NCBI GenBank assembly: GCA_951406725.2
Contig: OX597836.1
Coordinates: 2,542,001-2,606,000 of the forward strand
DNA length: 64,000 nt
Source: Octopus vulgaris
Taxonomy: Eukaryota
Direction of reading: 5' to 3'
The translations under genes and the position numbers were made by a program. The stretch's first letter is position 1. Each line of letters starts with the position of its first letter. The notes beneath the pieces were generated by a model. It saw nothing but the letters and a program-made list of their open reading frames with translations. It was not told the origin of the DNA and ran no database searches. This document shows, piece after piece, positions 43,584 through 56,449 of this stretch.

Positions 43584-43635
43584 CAGACTAGACGCCTAGT
43601 TTTGCCCATTACGTAGGCATCGTCAGTGAAGTCTG
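43584..43635 (-). ncRNA. Type I hammerhead ribozyme-like motif lacking G12
   Basis: CAGACT(TC)A-CTGACGA-TGCCTA-CGTAA-TGGGCA-AAAC-TAGGC-GTC-TAGTCTG. Stems I and II pair; GAAAC is reduced to AAAC. Confidence 0.55.
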
Positions 43636-43912
43636 CTCGAACGGCAGACGTTCGGGCAAGTCCACCTTTCCGAATATATGTATTGACAATAAAAATTTAT
43701 GGATCATTTAGCGAAATTCTAATGCGTATAAAAACAAATTAATATAAACAGTTAGGCGCAATGTGATATCATAAAGGAAAAATGCAATCGTCACAACGTG
43801 TGACTGAAGAGCCGCAGCAGCTGCATGGCTAGAAATAAGAGTCAAAATAATCTTGATAATGTAAGAAGAGCACAAAAGTATACGCACATGCTGTTTATAT
43901 ATATATACACAC

Positions 43913-43970
<58 letters not shown>

Positions 43971-43974
43971 TTAT

Positions 43975-44094
<120 letters not shown>

Positions 44095-44574
44095 CAGAGA
44101 GAGAGAGAGGGAGTGGTGAGTAAAAATACTTGTACTTATTTATACCCCTCCGTATGCACGTATTGATGATGGTTTGTTTGCTGCTAAAAATCTTGCTTTT
44201 TAACCCTAAGGTGATGAGTTCAGTACCGCTTTACGAGTAGATACCTGAACGCTGGAGCGCTTTGAAATCGCTCTTTTTTCAGCAAGGCCTTATCTGTATT
44301 TCCAGATTGAAGTGCGCTTACATTTCTCTAGAATCATAACAGCTATGCTGTACAATACAGTTTATGTATATAAACGAAGTTGTTTAATATACCAAGTTAT
44401 TTCCCCAGTGTTTCACCTAGACAAAATGATATTCTAATATCTAGCGTAAAAATGGCGTTAAAAAACTATAATGAACTTTTGAATCGATTTCTAACTTATT
44501 TCTTCGCCACAGCATTATATATTAAAATGTGTCAGCATGTACAGGATTACAAATTATGGTTGCTGGATCATAAA

Positions 44575-44665
44575 TCTCTCGAGGTCGACTTTACTTTCCA
44601 TATCTTCAGGTTCGATGAAATTGACTTGACTCTCTCTCAAAATTGCTGGCCTTCTGCTAAAATTC
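44575..44665 (+). mobile_element. SINE family 1 fragment
   Basis: CGAGGTCGACTTTACTTTCCATATCTTCAGGTTCGATGAAAT. Confidence 0.65.
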
Positions 44666-44741
44666 ATGTATATATGCACACACACACATATGCTCATATA
44701 CATATATACACACACACACACACATATATGCTCATATACAT

Positions 44742-44793
<52 letters not shown>

Positions 44794-44812
44794 ATTCATA
44801 TATATATATATT

Positions 44813-44892
44813 TTAACAAAACTGTCCGACGTACGGGAACGTGAAACTCCGAGTAACAGGTTTTGTTGAATTCTGCTGTTTTTAAATAAAGT

Positions 44893-44896
<4 letters not shown>
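44813..44896 (+). mobile_element. Penelope-type fragment with minimal hammerhead motif (44822-44859)
   Basis: CTGT-CCGACGT-ACG-GGAA-CGT-GAAAC-TCCGA-GTA-ACAG; homologous to the arms at 45694-45851. Confidence 0.75.
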
Positions 44897-44934
<38 letters not shown>

Positions 44935-44943
44935 CACATATAT

Positions 44944-45034
<91 letters not shown>

Positions 45035-45148
45035 CACTTATAGAGAGAATGTGTGAGAAACTATTAAGAAGAGAGAATGATATTCAGGAAAAAACAATAA
45101 AAACAAAAGAAACCGTGCGGGATATAAGAGAACGGTATGACGAACATA

Positions 45149-45191
<43 letters not shown>

Positions 45192-45627
45192 CAGACAGAC
45201 AGATATAGACAGAAACAGAGAGAGACAGAGAGAGAGAGAGAGAGAACGAAAGGGAGAAGCAGATGGAGGAAGAGATCGTGGGATAGAAGGAGAAAATGAG
45301 TGAGAGTTTAAGAAGAGTGGAGTGGAATAGTTAGCTTACTACTTCAGTGGAAATGTTGCTGAGAAGTTTTTGAGTGGATGGAAAGAACAAAGCGATGTGA
45401 AGCTGCGTCGATACTGACAACAATCAGGTAGGATGGAAGACGATGAAAGAGATTGATTGACCGACAGTTATGGCCGCGTTATAGTTCGTTAGTTTCTGCA
45501 GTAGTTTTCGCTAGCAGAGGTATTTAACGTACATACACACACGCACACACACACATACACTAACACCAACACACACAAATACACGTACATACAGCAGTAT
45601 ATCTATATCTATATATATATATATATA

Positions 45628-45845
45628 CCGGAGTAAACACATAAATGTGAAACAAGGTGGAAAAAAGAGTACTCAAATACCAGTGGTAGAGTAATATGCT
45701 TTATTTTAAGCAGCAGAAAAATCAACAAAATCTGTTACTCTAGTTTCTCGTTCCGTTCATCAGACAGTTTTTCTAGCAAAAACTGTCTGATGAACGGCAA
45801 CGAGAAACTCAAGTAATTTTGTTGATTTTCTGCTCTTAAAATAAA

Positions 45846-45851
<6 letters not shown>
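45628..45851. mobile_element. Penelope-type element end forming a long palindrome with two hammerhead motifs
   Basis: Arms 45694-45772 and 45778-45851 around loop CTAGC; each arm has CTGATGA...GAAAC...GTA. Confidence 0.8.
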
Positions 45852-45885
<34 letters not shown>

Positions 45886-46375
45886 CTATATGTAGGTAGG
45901 TAAGCGTATATATATACACACGGGCCAGGAAAAAATAAATCGGAGTCAGAAAGTGACAGAGAGACAAAGAGAGAGAGAGAGAAATAGAGAGAGAGAGAGA
46001 GAGGAAAAAGAGAGAGATGCAAAGAAGGAAAGAAGCATGAGAGAGGTGTGGCAGTGCGAGTCAGGGTGAGAGCGATAGAGAGAGACACGCTGCACACACA
46101 CAAACATACACACACACACAAACACACATACATACACACGCGCACACATATACATACACACACACATATATACTTACATAAAATTTTTATGTAGAAAACT
46201 ACAAGTCTTGTAATTATAGATACTTATAAATATATATATATATATATACATATATCTATATACATGTATATATATATACATATATATATGTATATATATA
46301 TATACATATATATATATGTATAGATATATATATACATATGTGTATACATACATACATATATATATATACACACAC

Positions 46376-46463
<88 letters not shown>

Positions 46464-46547
46464 TGTATACATACATACATATATATATATATGAACATAT
46501 ATATACTTGCATATATATACATATATGCATATACATACATACATACG

Positions 46548-46591
<44 letters not shown>

Positions 46592-47264
46592 CGTGTATAT
46601 ATGCATCTGTATAACTATATATGAATCTATATATGCATGTATGTTTGCATGTATGCACGGTTCTGTATGTCTATGTGTGTATGTATATATGTATGTGTGT
46701 GTGTGTGTGTGTGTGTGTAAACGCACTCCTGTCACTCGGCCAAGTTTAAAGGTTTTTCGCAATGCGACAAACAATATTTTAATTGATGATGATGATGATT
46801 ATGATGATGATGATGATGACGGCAACGACGACGGACTTGTTGGCGATGATGATGATGATGATGATGATGATGATAATGATGATGGCGACGGTGCTGATTA
46901 TTTTCACCAACAGTATCATTCTCACCATCAGCGAACCATTTGCTATCAACATCACCATCACCGATCTATTCATTATTAACAAGACCAGGATCGTGCCGGG
47001 AAAGTGACTTGCAACACACACATACGAACGAACGAACGAACGAGCATATAGACGCACGCGCACCCATGGACACACACACACACACATGCACACACTGACA
47101 AGCGTATATAAACACACACTTCCATATGTGCATACATCTATATGTGTGAGCTTGTGGCTGTGTGTACCTTCATCTGCTTATCAATATCTATTTATCCATC
47201 TCTCTCTCTCTCTCCTATGTGTGTGTATGTGCATGTGTGTGTATGTGCATGTGTGTGTATGTAC

Positions 47265-47314
<50 letters not shown>

Positions 47315-47963
47315 ATGTATATATATATATACACATGCATATACATATATACATATATATATCTGTATATATATATGTGTGTGTGTGTGTGAATGTATCT
47401 ATGTGTGTACACGCGCATACATATCAATATACATGTACACATGTTTTTACATACACATACTCATACACCGGTTTGAGAAGAAAATTTGTTCATTTTGACA
47501 TGAAAACTATGGTCTAAAAACCGTCGATTCTACTACTACTACTACTACTACTGCTGCTGTCTTGTACGCTAACAGACATCTACATTAGTTGTGATTTGTA
47601 TTTTGTTTTTTTCGTTCGGCTGAGTTCTACCTGTTATCTTTTGTGTTTTTCTTTTAGTTTCAAAAACTCTTCAGTCAATAGAAATAACTTTCATGTTACA
47701 ATCATCAGAATAAAAGCCACACATCTAGAAATCTCGGCCGTTATCTGGAACCATATCTGTCTACGTTGCAACAATTTTAGTCATATTCTCTAAAATAAGT
47801 TTCTACAAGAGATAAGAAACTATTCAAAAGCTACCATTTTTTTTTTTTACCTTGGCCCTCTTCTTCCTTATTTTTCTCTACTGGATCTCTGTAGCCATTC
47901 AACATTTTCAAAATTCCAATAATATTTCTATAGTTACATATGATTAAGAATTATATAAAAAGA

Positions 47964-48355
47964 CTAGCAGTATCACCCGGCGTTGCTCGGATTTGTTTCG
48001 ACCCTTTAGAATTGGGATTTTTGAAAAGTAGCTTGTTATTATTTTTGTAGCTTGTTATTCTCTTTAAGTGAACATTTTTCTAGTTGAAATACACCGAAAA
48101 ATGGCGACACAGCGGTCAAAAATGGTAAAAAATAGGGATTTTCATAGAAAAAAAACACCTTTTTGATGTTAATAATTTTTGGCCTAAACATGGTCCGATT
48201 TGAATTTTTTCTTCTAGGAAAGGAGGAGCAAGTTTTCTTCTATCATACTCTCAATTTTGGTCAATTTGTGCCGCAGTGTCTCGGAGGAGATAGTGTTAGT
48301 TGAAGGCTACCAAACCTGCCACACACAGACAACTTCAGCTTTATATATAAAGAGA
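47964..48355 (-). mobile_element. Non-autonomous Helitron
   Basis: On the minus strand it starts TC, ends with hairpin CCGAGCAACGCCGG plus CTAG, and sits between A and T with no TSD. Confidence 0.85.
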
Positions 48356-48570
48356 TTTGTTAAAATACTTCGTTTATTGTAAAAGTTTAACCAATTAGAT
48401 GCTAAAAATTTTAACAAAATAATCTTACATGGACCCCCAGGTGTTATATGGAACCTGCCGAGGTCCACTATTTAAGTAGCGTGAGGTTGTCTTTTCTCCT
48501 TGCAGTTTATTTCTCAGATTAATGCTATCTCTTTGAACTTAATGATAAAATCAATGAGTATTATATTATA

Positions 48571-48960
48571 CACGTTAGCGCGCTGGCGAAAGTTCTTAGT
48601 GGTATTTCGTCTGCCGCTACGTTCTGATTTCAAATTCCGCCAAGGTTGACTCTGCCTTTCATTTTTTCGGGGTCGATAAATTAAGCACCAGTTACACACT
48701 GGGGGTCTATGTAATCGACTTAATCCGTTTGTCTGTACTTGTTTGTCCCCTCTATGTTTAGCCCCTTGTGAGTAGTAAAGAAACAGAAATAGATATTTCG
48801 TCCATCTTTGCGGTCTGAGTTCAAATTCCACCCAAGATGATTTTGCCTCACATCCTTTCGGTGTTTATAAAGTTCGTACCAGTAATACATTGGGGTGTAT
48901 GTAATATTTCATCCCACTCTCCCAAAATTTCAGGTATTGTGTCTACAGTAGAAAGGATTA
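48571..48960 (+). mobile_element. Nested SINE family 1 dimer (younger body + tail A inside an older tail-B copy)
   Basis: GTATTTCGT at 48602 and ATATTTCGT at 48793. The downstream body is visibly more diverged. Confidence 0.85.
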
Positions 48961-49068
48961 TACGAGAGCTGCATGAAAAATGTCGAGCCTTGATGTCTTG
49001 TACCTTCATCAGAAGTCTTGCCCATTTTTTTTTTTTTTAGGCTCAACACTTTTCATACACCCCTCGTA
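48961..49068. mobile_element. Mariner-type MITE with TA target duplication
   Basis: Left end TACGAGAGCTGCATGAAAAATGTCGAGCCT versus reverse complement of right end TACGAGGGGTGTATGAAAAGTGTTGAGCCT. Confidence 0.85.
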
Positions 49069-50049
49069 TTATGCACGCTTTCCTGGCTGTCATTGTTGCC
49101 CGTAATGTCGCTAACGGACATAGACACACAAATAATCTTCGAAATGTTACCCAGCGGAATCGCACGTACATGACAGCTGAAGAAAAGGCAGAGGTTTGTC
49201 TCAATACTTTGGACTAGCATCATATTATATTAAACCATGTAAGATTGCATGTAAAATATTCTCTTGCTAACGTTGGAAATCATATCGCAAATGGCCAGAA
49301 CTAATCCTAGCCGTTTTTGTCTGACGTTCCGTGAATTCTACTTCGTTACCACTCCAGAGGAATACTCTATTTTACGAGCAAAGAAAGAATGAGAAAAAAA
49401 TGATCTGCACAGCTTATCACCATACAATGCCAGGTTGCTAACGATTCTGCGAGCTCGTTTCGTCATCCGACGAAATAAATATATTCAAAACTGACAAAGA
49501 ATGCGGATGTATTTTTCAAGTGTTTATAAAGTCGAACATTATCACATCCATTTACGGTTGAATGCATGTATTGCTGCTTCTGTGTAGTTTGCAATAAAAA
49601 TGCGAGTAAATGCTGTTAAAGATATTGTATTACGAATTACAACTGGGATATTCCAAGCAAATTTCGACTTGAGGAGCGCGGTAAGAACATCAGGCGCACT
49701 TTCGTCTCAAAATACAAAGGAAATAGGTGACATGCCATCGGGAAGAGAGGAATTTATTATACGGGAATAAGTATATTCAGATATATTTAACAAGATTTCA
49801 CTAACTTCTGTCTACCAAATTGCATTCGTAATGTATTGGGAAAGCCTAGGCTGTCGAAGGTTAATATTTATTCGTAGGATAATCGCAATGGACGTGAAGC
49901 ATATTTTAAATTTCTATATCTTCCAATAACATCCAAGGGAAGAATGATGCGAATAAGAGTATAATAATATATGAGTGGGTAAATATCCCTTCTCATCATC
50001 TTTATTAATATCATCATCATCATCATCATCACCATTATCATGTGCGCGC

Positions 50050-50102
<53 letters not shown>

Positions 50103-50164
50103 ATATTAGCATATATATGCATCTATATATACATAAATATATATCCACGCATACACATATATAC

Positions 50165-52066
50165 ATACTATTAGAAGGTTTTGAGATGGTGTACAGGTAT
50201 TTTATATTTAAAGAAATGAGGTACTCAGAAATTCGGATGGTTTTATATTTATAGATATTTATTTGTATATTACATGTTCTTATACATCATATAACTTATA
50301 TCATACATCATATGTTAGCGCTTTCTCCCATTCTAGTGAGGTTTTCAAATATATATATATAAGTTCAGCAAAATTTAGATTCAGATGAATATAATACTTA
50401 GGTCAAAGGCACCAGAATTTTGTATGGTATTATCCATATAAATCCACGGGGTGATTATAATCAAAATAAGCAACAAGTATATCTGAGGTAATGTGGTACG
50501 ATCGTTTCATGTTACTTCATTTTATTAAACAATGTAAGCATTACATCAGTTTTAAAATGTCGAGAAATCTTCAGCCACCTTCAGAAATTTTGCAAACAAC
50601 TGGACAATGCACATTCTTATCCCTAATTCATTTGCCAACATTATAAAGAAGGTAGATATACAGACAGACAGGTTGATTTCCTCCTTAAGAACATTGTAGT
50701 ATTAAAACTACTCTCTGACTAGATTATACTTTGTTTTTTAAATCTATCAGTAGGAAAGTGGATTTTTGGTTGGATGGAAACAAAGAATTTTTCTGCTTAT
50801 AGATACAGGAAGGGGTGGAACAAATGTCAAAACCAATAAATCTATTCCGCTTCAGATGAACCCAGCCCAGATACACTTGAGTGCACTAAGTAAAAAGTTA
50901 GTATGTTGAGGTTAGAGGGGTGGGGGAAGATAGACTCTTAATGCACTAGATGCTTTAATGCCTACTACCATTTGACATCCAGAAACTATATTAAGAGATT
51001 TCCGTGAATATAATTTAGACAACGAATACAGTAAACATTATTATCTGATTTAGGGAATCTAATATAGGGATAAAAAATATAGAAATCATTTCATATTTAT
51101 ATAAATATATATATACATATGAATCTCCATTAATATATAATCATAATTAGTTAGTAAGTAGTGATTAATTTTAATGAGTTGAATTCAAAGAGAATGTTTG
51201 ACATAATACTTACGAATCGTGGACAAAAAAATAAACCTTATTAATTTAGTACCTATATTAGGAGTCAATAAGATACATTAAAAAAATAATGGAAGGGAAA
51301 TAATCAAGGTGAACTAAATAATTTCTCTAGATATATAGAATTATTTGTGATTATTACGTATTTAAGTATCCCCATTTCCATTAATATAGAACAATAATTA
51401 GCTATTAAATTGTGATTTATTTTATTAACGAATCGAAATGAAATAATATGTTAGACATAATATTTACTACCCGCGGGGAAAAAACTTTATCAATTAAGTG
51501 AATATATCAGGAGTCAATAAGATATATTAAAAAGTAATGGAGGGGAGGTAATCAAGATGAACCAAGAAAATTTCCCTAGTTATATGGAATTTATTCTTTC
51601 CAATATAGGAGAGTATCAAAAGAAATTCTAATTTCATATATTCAGATTTATGTGTACAATGAAATTTCTTAGTAATCTATGCAGGTTGAATAAAAGTTAG
51701 TATGGTAAATTAATTTTTATTTGGTTACAAAATATTAGGATTTGAAAATTTGGGAATGGTCAGAATGCAATTATTTAAAATACTTAAACGTACGGGTAGC
51801 ACTATGTATGCAAGATACTTCAATGCTTGGTCAATGTTTTATAGTAATGAGTTATAGGGGGGTGGGGCAGGAATGTGGCCTGGGTGCCAAGGAGGGGAGG
51901 GGGAAAAGTTAGAGAAACAGTGGTGTAGATCGAAGCAGATGAAATGTGACATGAACTGATATTCGATCTGTCGCCCTTCCACAAATATTGGAAACAATTT
52001 GCATTTCATGATACTGAAATACAAACCCATCCACTTGCTGGGTTAATTTTCGTTCTTGTTACCACC
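50165..52066 (-). mobile_element. Probable Penelope-like element 3' region / pseudo-LTR, decayed
   Basis: Hammerhead-like CTGATGTA...GAAAC-GATC-GTA at 50550-50493, an internal ~252-bp diverged duplication, and a weak PLE C-terminus-like peptide near 52060-51940. Boundaries are approximate. Confidence 0.5.
51124..51595. repeat. Diverged tandem duplication, period about 252 bp
   Basis: Shared colinear anchors TCCATTAATATA, GACATAATA.TTAC, AGGAGTCAATAAGATA.ATTAAAAA and TAATCAAG.TGAAC in both copies. Confidence 0.85.
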
Positions 52067-52565
52067 AATAATAATAATCGTTCCTGTATTTCTGCACACG
52101 AGGGTCATTGATGAAGTGGTATTACAGGGAAACTGAAATGGAAGCCAAGAAGTTGATTAAATGACAGAAGAAGTGAAAGAAAAGAAAAAAAGCACTGACT
52201 GAAGGTACTAAATGGAAAGTGAAAAAAGAATATAGATCGACAGAGAGAAAAAAATACACACACGTATAATGTTAAGAGGAAACCATGAAGAAATTTTATG
52301 TAGCACGCACACATACATACATGTTTGTATATATGTAAGAATTAACACTCTCACATACGCACACACAAACACACACATATATATGTACACATATAGACAT
52401 GTATATGTACGTATGTATGTAAATAATAATGTATGTCGTTATATGTATAGCAATATGTGTATACATAAATATATAAAATATATATATATATATATGTATG
52501 TATGTATATATATCGCATATATATATTCTCTCTCTCTATATATATATGTATATATATATGTACAT

Positions 52566-52617
<52 letters not shown>

Positions 52618-53164
52618 GTATATGTAAATATATGTATACATATGTATATACATATATATATATACACATGCACACATACATATATACAATATATATAAAA
52701 TATGACATAAAAAGAAAGCCAATAAGATTTAATAAGTAGTACCGTGTAATCGTTTTACCCCTCGGCGCGAACCATTTTCTCTGCCGTGACAGGATGCCGC
52801 ATTAATGCGAAAATTGGTGGGGAGTCCTTGCAGAACAACAACTACAACAACAACCGCAGCAACAACAACAGCAACGAAATAATGTAACAATAAGAGCAGC
52901 AACAACAATATCAACGACATCGTTAACCACAACAACAGGAACAAAAACACTTCCAATGCGGAGAAACTGAAACCAACTCAACAGAAAAGGCAAGTAACAA
53001 TAAACAACAACAACAACAAAAGGCACAAAAATTTTTAAACCAAAAAACCCCACAGAGATCGGCAATTACAGCAAAGAGAAGAACCTTTAACAAAATGACG
53101 ACATCCTTACAAACATTTTCTGTCGCAGAGACCGGTCCGTGGTCGTTTGTTTGGCAGATATATT

Positions 53165-53880
53165 TGTTTCAAATTTAGGCACAGAGCCAGCAACTTCAGA
53201 GGAAGGGACTAATATACGATCCTAGGGCTCGTATATTATATATTTCATCCTCATCCTAACTGCAACACCGAAAAGATGAAGGTCAAAGTCGACCTCGGTG
53301 GGATTTGAACTCAAAGCGTAAATACAGAAGAAATGCAGCTAATATTTTTGCCCGGCATAATAACGATTCTACCAGCTCGATGGCTTCTAGTATTTATCAA
53401 TATCGATTTCAAATTTTAGCACAAAGCCAGCAAGTTCTGAAGAAAAGATTCGTCGATTACATCGACCCCCATTTCTCAACTTGTACTTATTTCATATACG
53501 AAATGGCTCTAAGCATTTTGCCAAGTGCGGTAACATTTCAGCTAGCTGGATGCCTTCAAATTAATAGAAATGTTAGTAATTTTTTCCCTCAAATTATCTT
53601 CTGTACTTTTCTAAGATGTACCTACACGTTGAATAATGCAGTGTAGTCTTAAATACTTCCAACAATGCTGGATGTTTATGGAAGGAATATTTAAACAAGT
53701 TTTACATAGATCTAAACTTCGATTGCTCACATAACGTCAAACCGTGAAACGTCGGCAGGATAAGAAACAAACGATGAAGGTTCTCCGAGTGATTTGAACT
53801 CCGAGCGTAAAAATGTAGAAGATATACCGAAGGTATTTTTTTATTAACTCTTTAACTGTTCTTCCATTCCATTGCCTAAA
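53165..53880 (-). mobile_element. Cluster of diverged SINE family 1 copies and fragments
   Basis: AAAGTCGACCTCGGTGGGATTTGAACTC at about 53285, tail B at 53165 and 53405, ATTTGAACTC at about 53792. Confidence 0.7.
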
Positions 53881-54502
53881 ATGCTGCGAATTTACTTCAT
53901 AGATTCTGCCCTTTAAGCATGAAAACTAAAGTTCCCCTGAACGTAAATTGTCGAAACAAATCGCGCATAACATTTTGTGCAACACCTTTACTAATCAACA
54001 AATTGATGTTTAAAAACCCATGGGTATTTAGATGAATTACATAACCCCCATATCGACTGAATCAGTAGTTTTGTACCTATGTTACGATGGTGGATTTTCA
54101 GAATGGTTTGGTTGTCGTAGGAAACGAGTGTTGTACTTAGTCACGGGTTTCACATCGTTCTGTGAAATACTACAGAGATCGCTTTTTGTGTTTGATTTTG
54201 AATGTTTGATAGAATAAGTACAAGTAAATAATGAGAGTGAAGGTTGCCTGGATGTGAAATCTCTAATCACAGAGAGGAGGGACACACACTGCAAATTATT
54301 TCTGCCTGAAGCTCTAAAGATTCTGTTAATTCAGAGCTAATGCAACAACAATCGCACGAACAAAATTAGCGGGAAAAGAAAGATATTAGCCATAGGGGCT
54401 TAGCGCAGACAACAAATGCTAAAACTAACAAAAATAAAACAATACAAATGTAAAAAAGAAAGACAACAGCACAAGAACGACAACAATATTAAAACAAGGC
54501 AA

Positions 54503-55448
54503 GGTAGCGAGCTGGCAGAATCATTAGCACGCCGGGCGAAATGCTTAGCGGTATTTCGTCTGCGTTACGTTGTGAGTTCAAATTCCGCTGAGGTCGACTT
54601 TGCGTTTCATTCTTTCGGGGTCGATAAATTAAGTACCAGTTACGCACTGGGGTCGATGTAATCGACTTAATACCTATGTCTGTTCTTGTTGTACCCTCTG
54701 TGTTTTGCCCCTTGTGGGTAATAAAGAAATAGGTATTTCGGGCGTCCTTACGTTGTGAGTTCAAATTCCGCCGAGGTCGACTTTGCCTTTCATCCTTTCA
54801 GGGTCGATTAAATAAGTACCAGTTACGCATTGGGGTCGATATAATCGACTTAAATCCGTTTGTCTGTCCTCGTTTGTCCTCTCTGTGTTTAGCCCCTTGT
54901 GGGTAGTAAAGAAATAAGTATTTCGTCTGCGTTACGTTGTGAGTTCAAATTCCGCTGAGGTCGACTTTGCGTTTCATCCTTTCGGGGTCGATAAATTAAG
55001 TACCAGTTACGCACTGGGGTCGATGTAATCGATTTAATACCTATGTCTGTCCTTGTTGTACCCTCTGTGTTTTGCCCCTTGTGGGTAATAAAGAAATAGG
55101 TATTTCGGGCGTCCTTACGTTCTGAGTTCAAATTCCGCCGAGGTCGACTTTGCCTTTCATCCTTTCGGGGTCAATAAATTAAGTACCAGTTACGCACTGG
55201 GGTCGATGTAATCGACTTAATCCGTTTGTCTGTCCTTGTTTGTCCTCTCTGAGTTTAGCCCATTGTGGGTAGTAAAGACATAGGTATTTCTGTCATCCTT
55301 ACTTTTTGAGTTCAAATTCCGCCGAGGTCGACTTTACTTCTCATCTTTTCGGGGTTGATAAAATAAGTACAAGTGAAACATAGGGTTGAAGTAATCGACT
55401 TAAACCTGCCTCGAAATTACTGGCCTTGTGCCGAAATTTGAAAGCAAT
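54503..55448 (+). mobile_element. Nested tandem SINE array: head + 4 x (body + tail A) + older body + tail B
   Basis: GTATTTC unit starts at 54551, 54733, 54918, 55100 and 55284 (periods 182, 185, 182, 184). Confidence 0.95.
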
Positions 55449-56154
55449 ATTACAACAACATAACTGTAAGAACCCAATCAAAACTACAATGAAGCACCAC
55501 TAACAACAATAACACAAACAACATGAACTCAATGACAGTAAGAACAGTAGCAACGGAAAGGTAAGAACACATTTGCAACAGGGCAACAAACACAACAACA
55601 TCAATAAGACAAAAGATATCATAGCGACAACAAGGCTGCAACAGAATAGCTATAATGAAGAATAAAAAAACAAAATAGCAACACGACTGCAACACAATAG
55701 CAACGACAATACAACAAACACAATAGCATTAGCAAGACCCATTAGCAACATTAAGAGAGCACGAGTGATGCAAACACAATGCAAACGATCTTGGTGAATG
55801 TACTGCAGCGATTGTAACTTTGCTGGGACTCATATTCAGAAAGTATATCGATATATTATAAATAACAATTTGGCTTCGAACAGTTTGATAATCAAGCGAC
55901 ATCAACTACATCAAGTAACCCATTTCCTTTTCTTTCCTGGTGATCAAAACTGATCGAAATAAGTAAAACTAGTAAAACGAAATACAGCGACATAGTTAAG
56001 ACATTGATTAGTAAAAGGGATTCTTCTCTTCGGTACTTGTTCTGGGTGGTTCGATTCCACTGAAGCCTATATTGCCGTTCATCCCTTCGAGGGCCAATAA
56101 CAAATGTTAACCCTCATGTCCTTCCACGCAGTTCAGGGCATCTTTTTAAAATGT

Positions 56155-56386
56155 TATCATTATTATTTTTTCCTTCTTTCTTCAAATATCTTTCTAGTTC
56201 TCGCCGAGTGTTTTCCGTACACCTAGGGCAGAGAAGTTCATTGTATGCATTCCCAGATTACACACTCTAATTCACAGGTAAAATATGTATTTAAAAATTT
56301 AATAAATACATAAATTCGTGAATGGATGTTGTTTTCACAGCGAAGATGCACTTCTCAGTACATGAGTCGTTCCAAATTTTTTGCAC

Positions 56387-56390
<4 letters not shown>
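56155..56390 (-). mobile_element. R4/Dong-clade extreme 3' remnant adjoining (TAA)n
   Basis: Minus strand FGTTHVLRSASSL* (GTAHxLR motif) followed by a UTR ending in AATAATAATGATAA; (ATT)n at 56390-56460. Confidence 0.7.

Positions 56391-56449
<59 letters not shown>

Noticed and set aside
54551-55283. CRISPR-like or tRNA-gene array
   Set aside because: Units are ~183-bp SINE bodies with no unique spacers and no complete cloverleaf; the context is eukaryotic.
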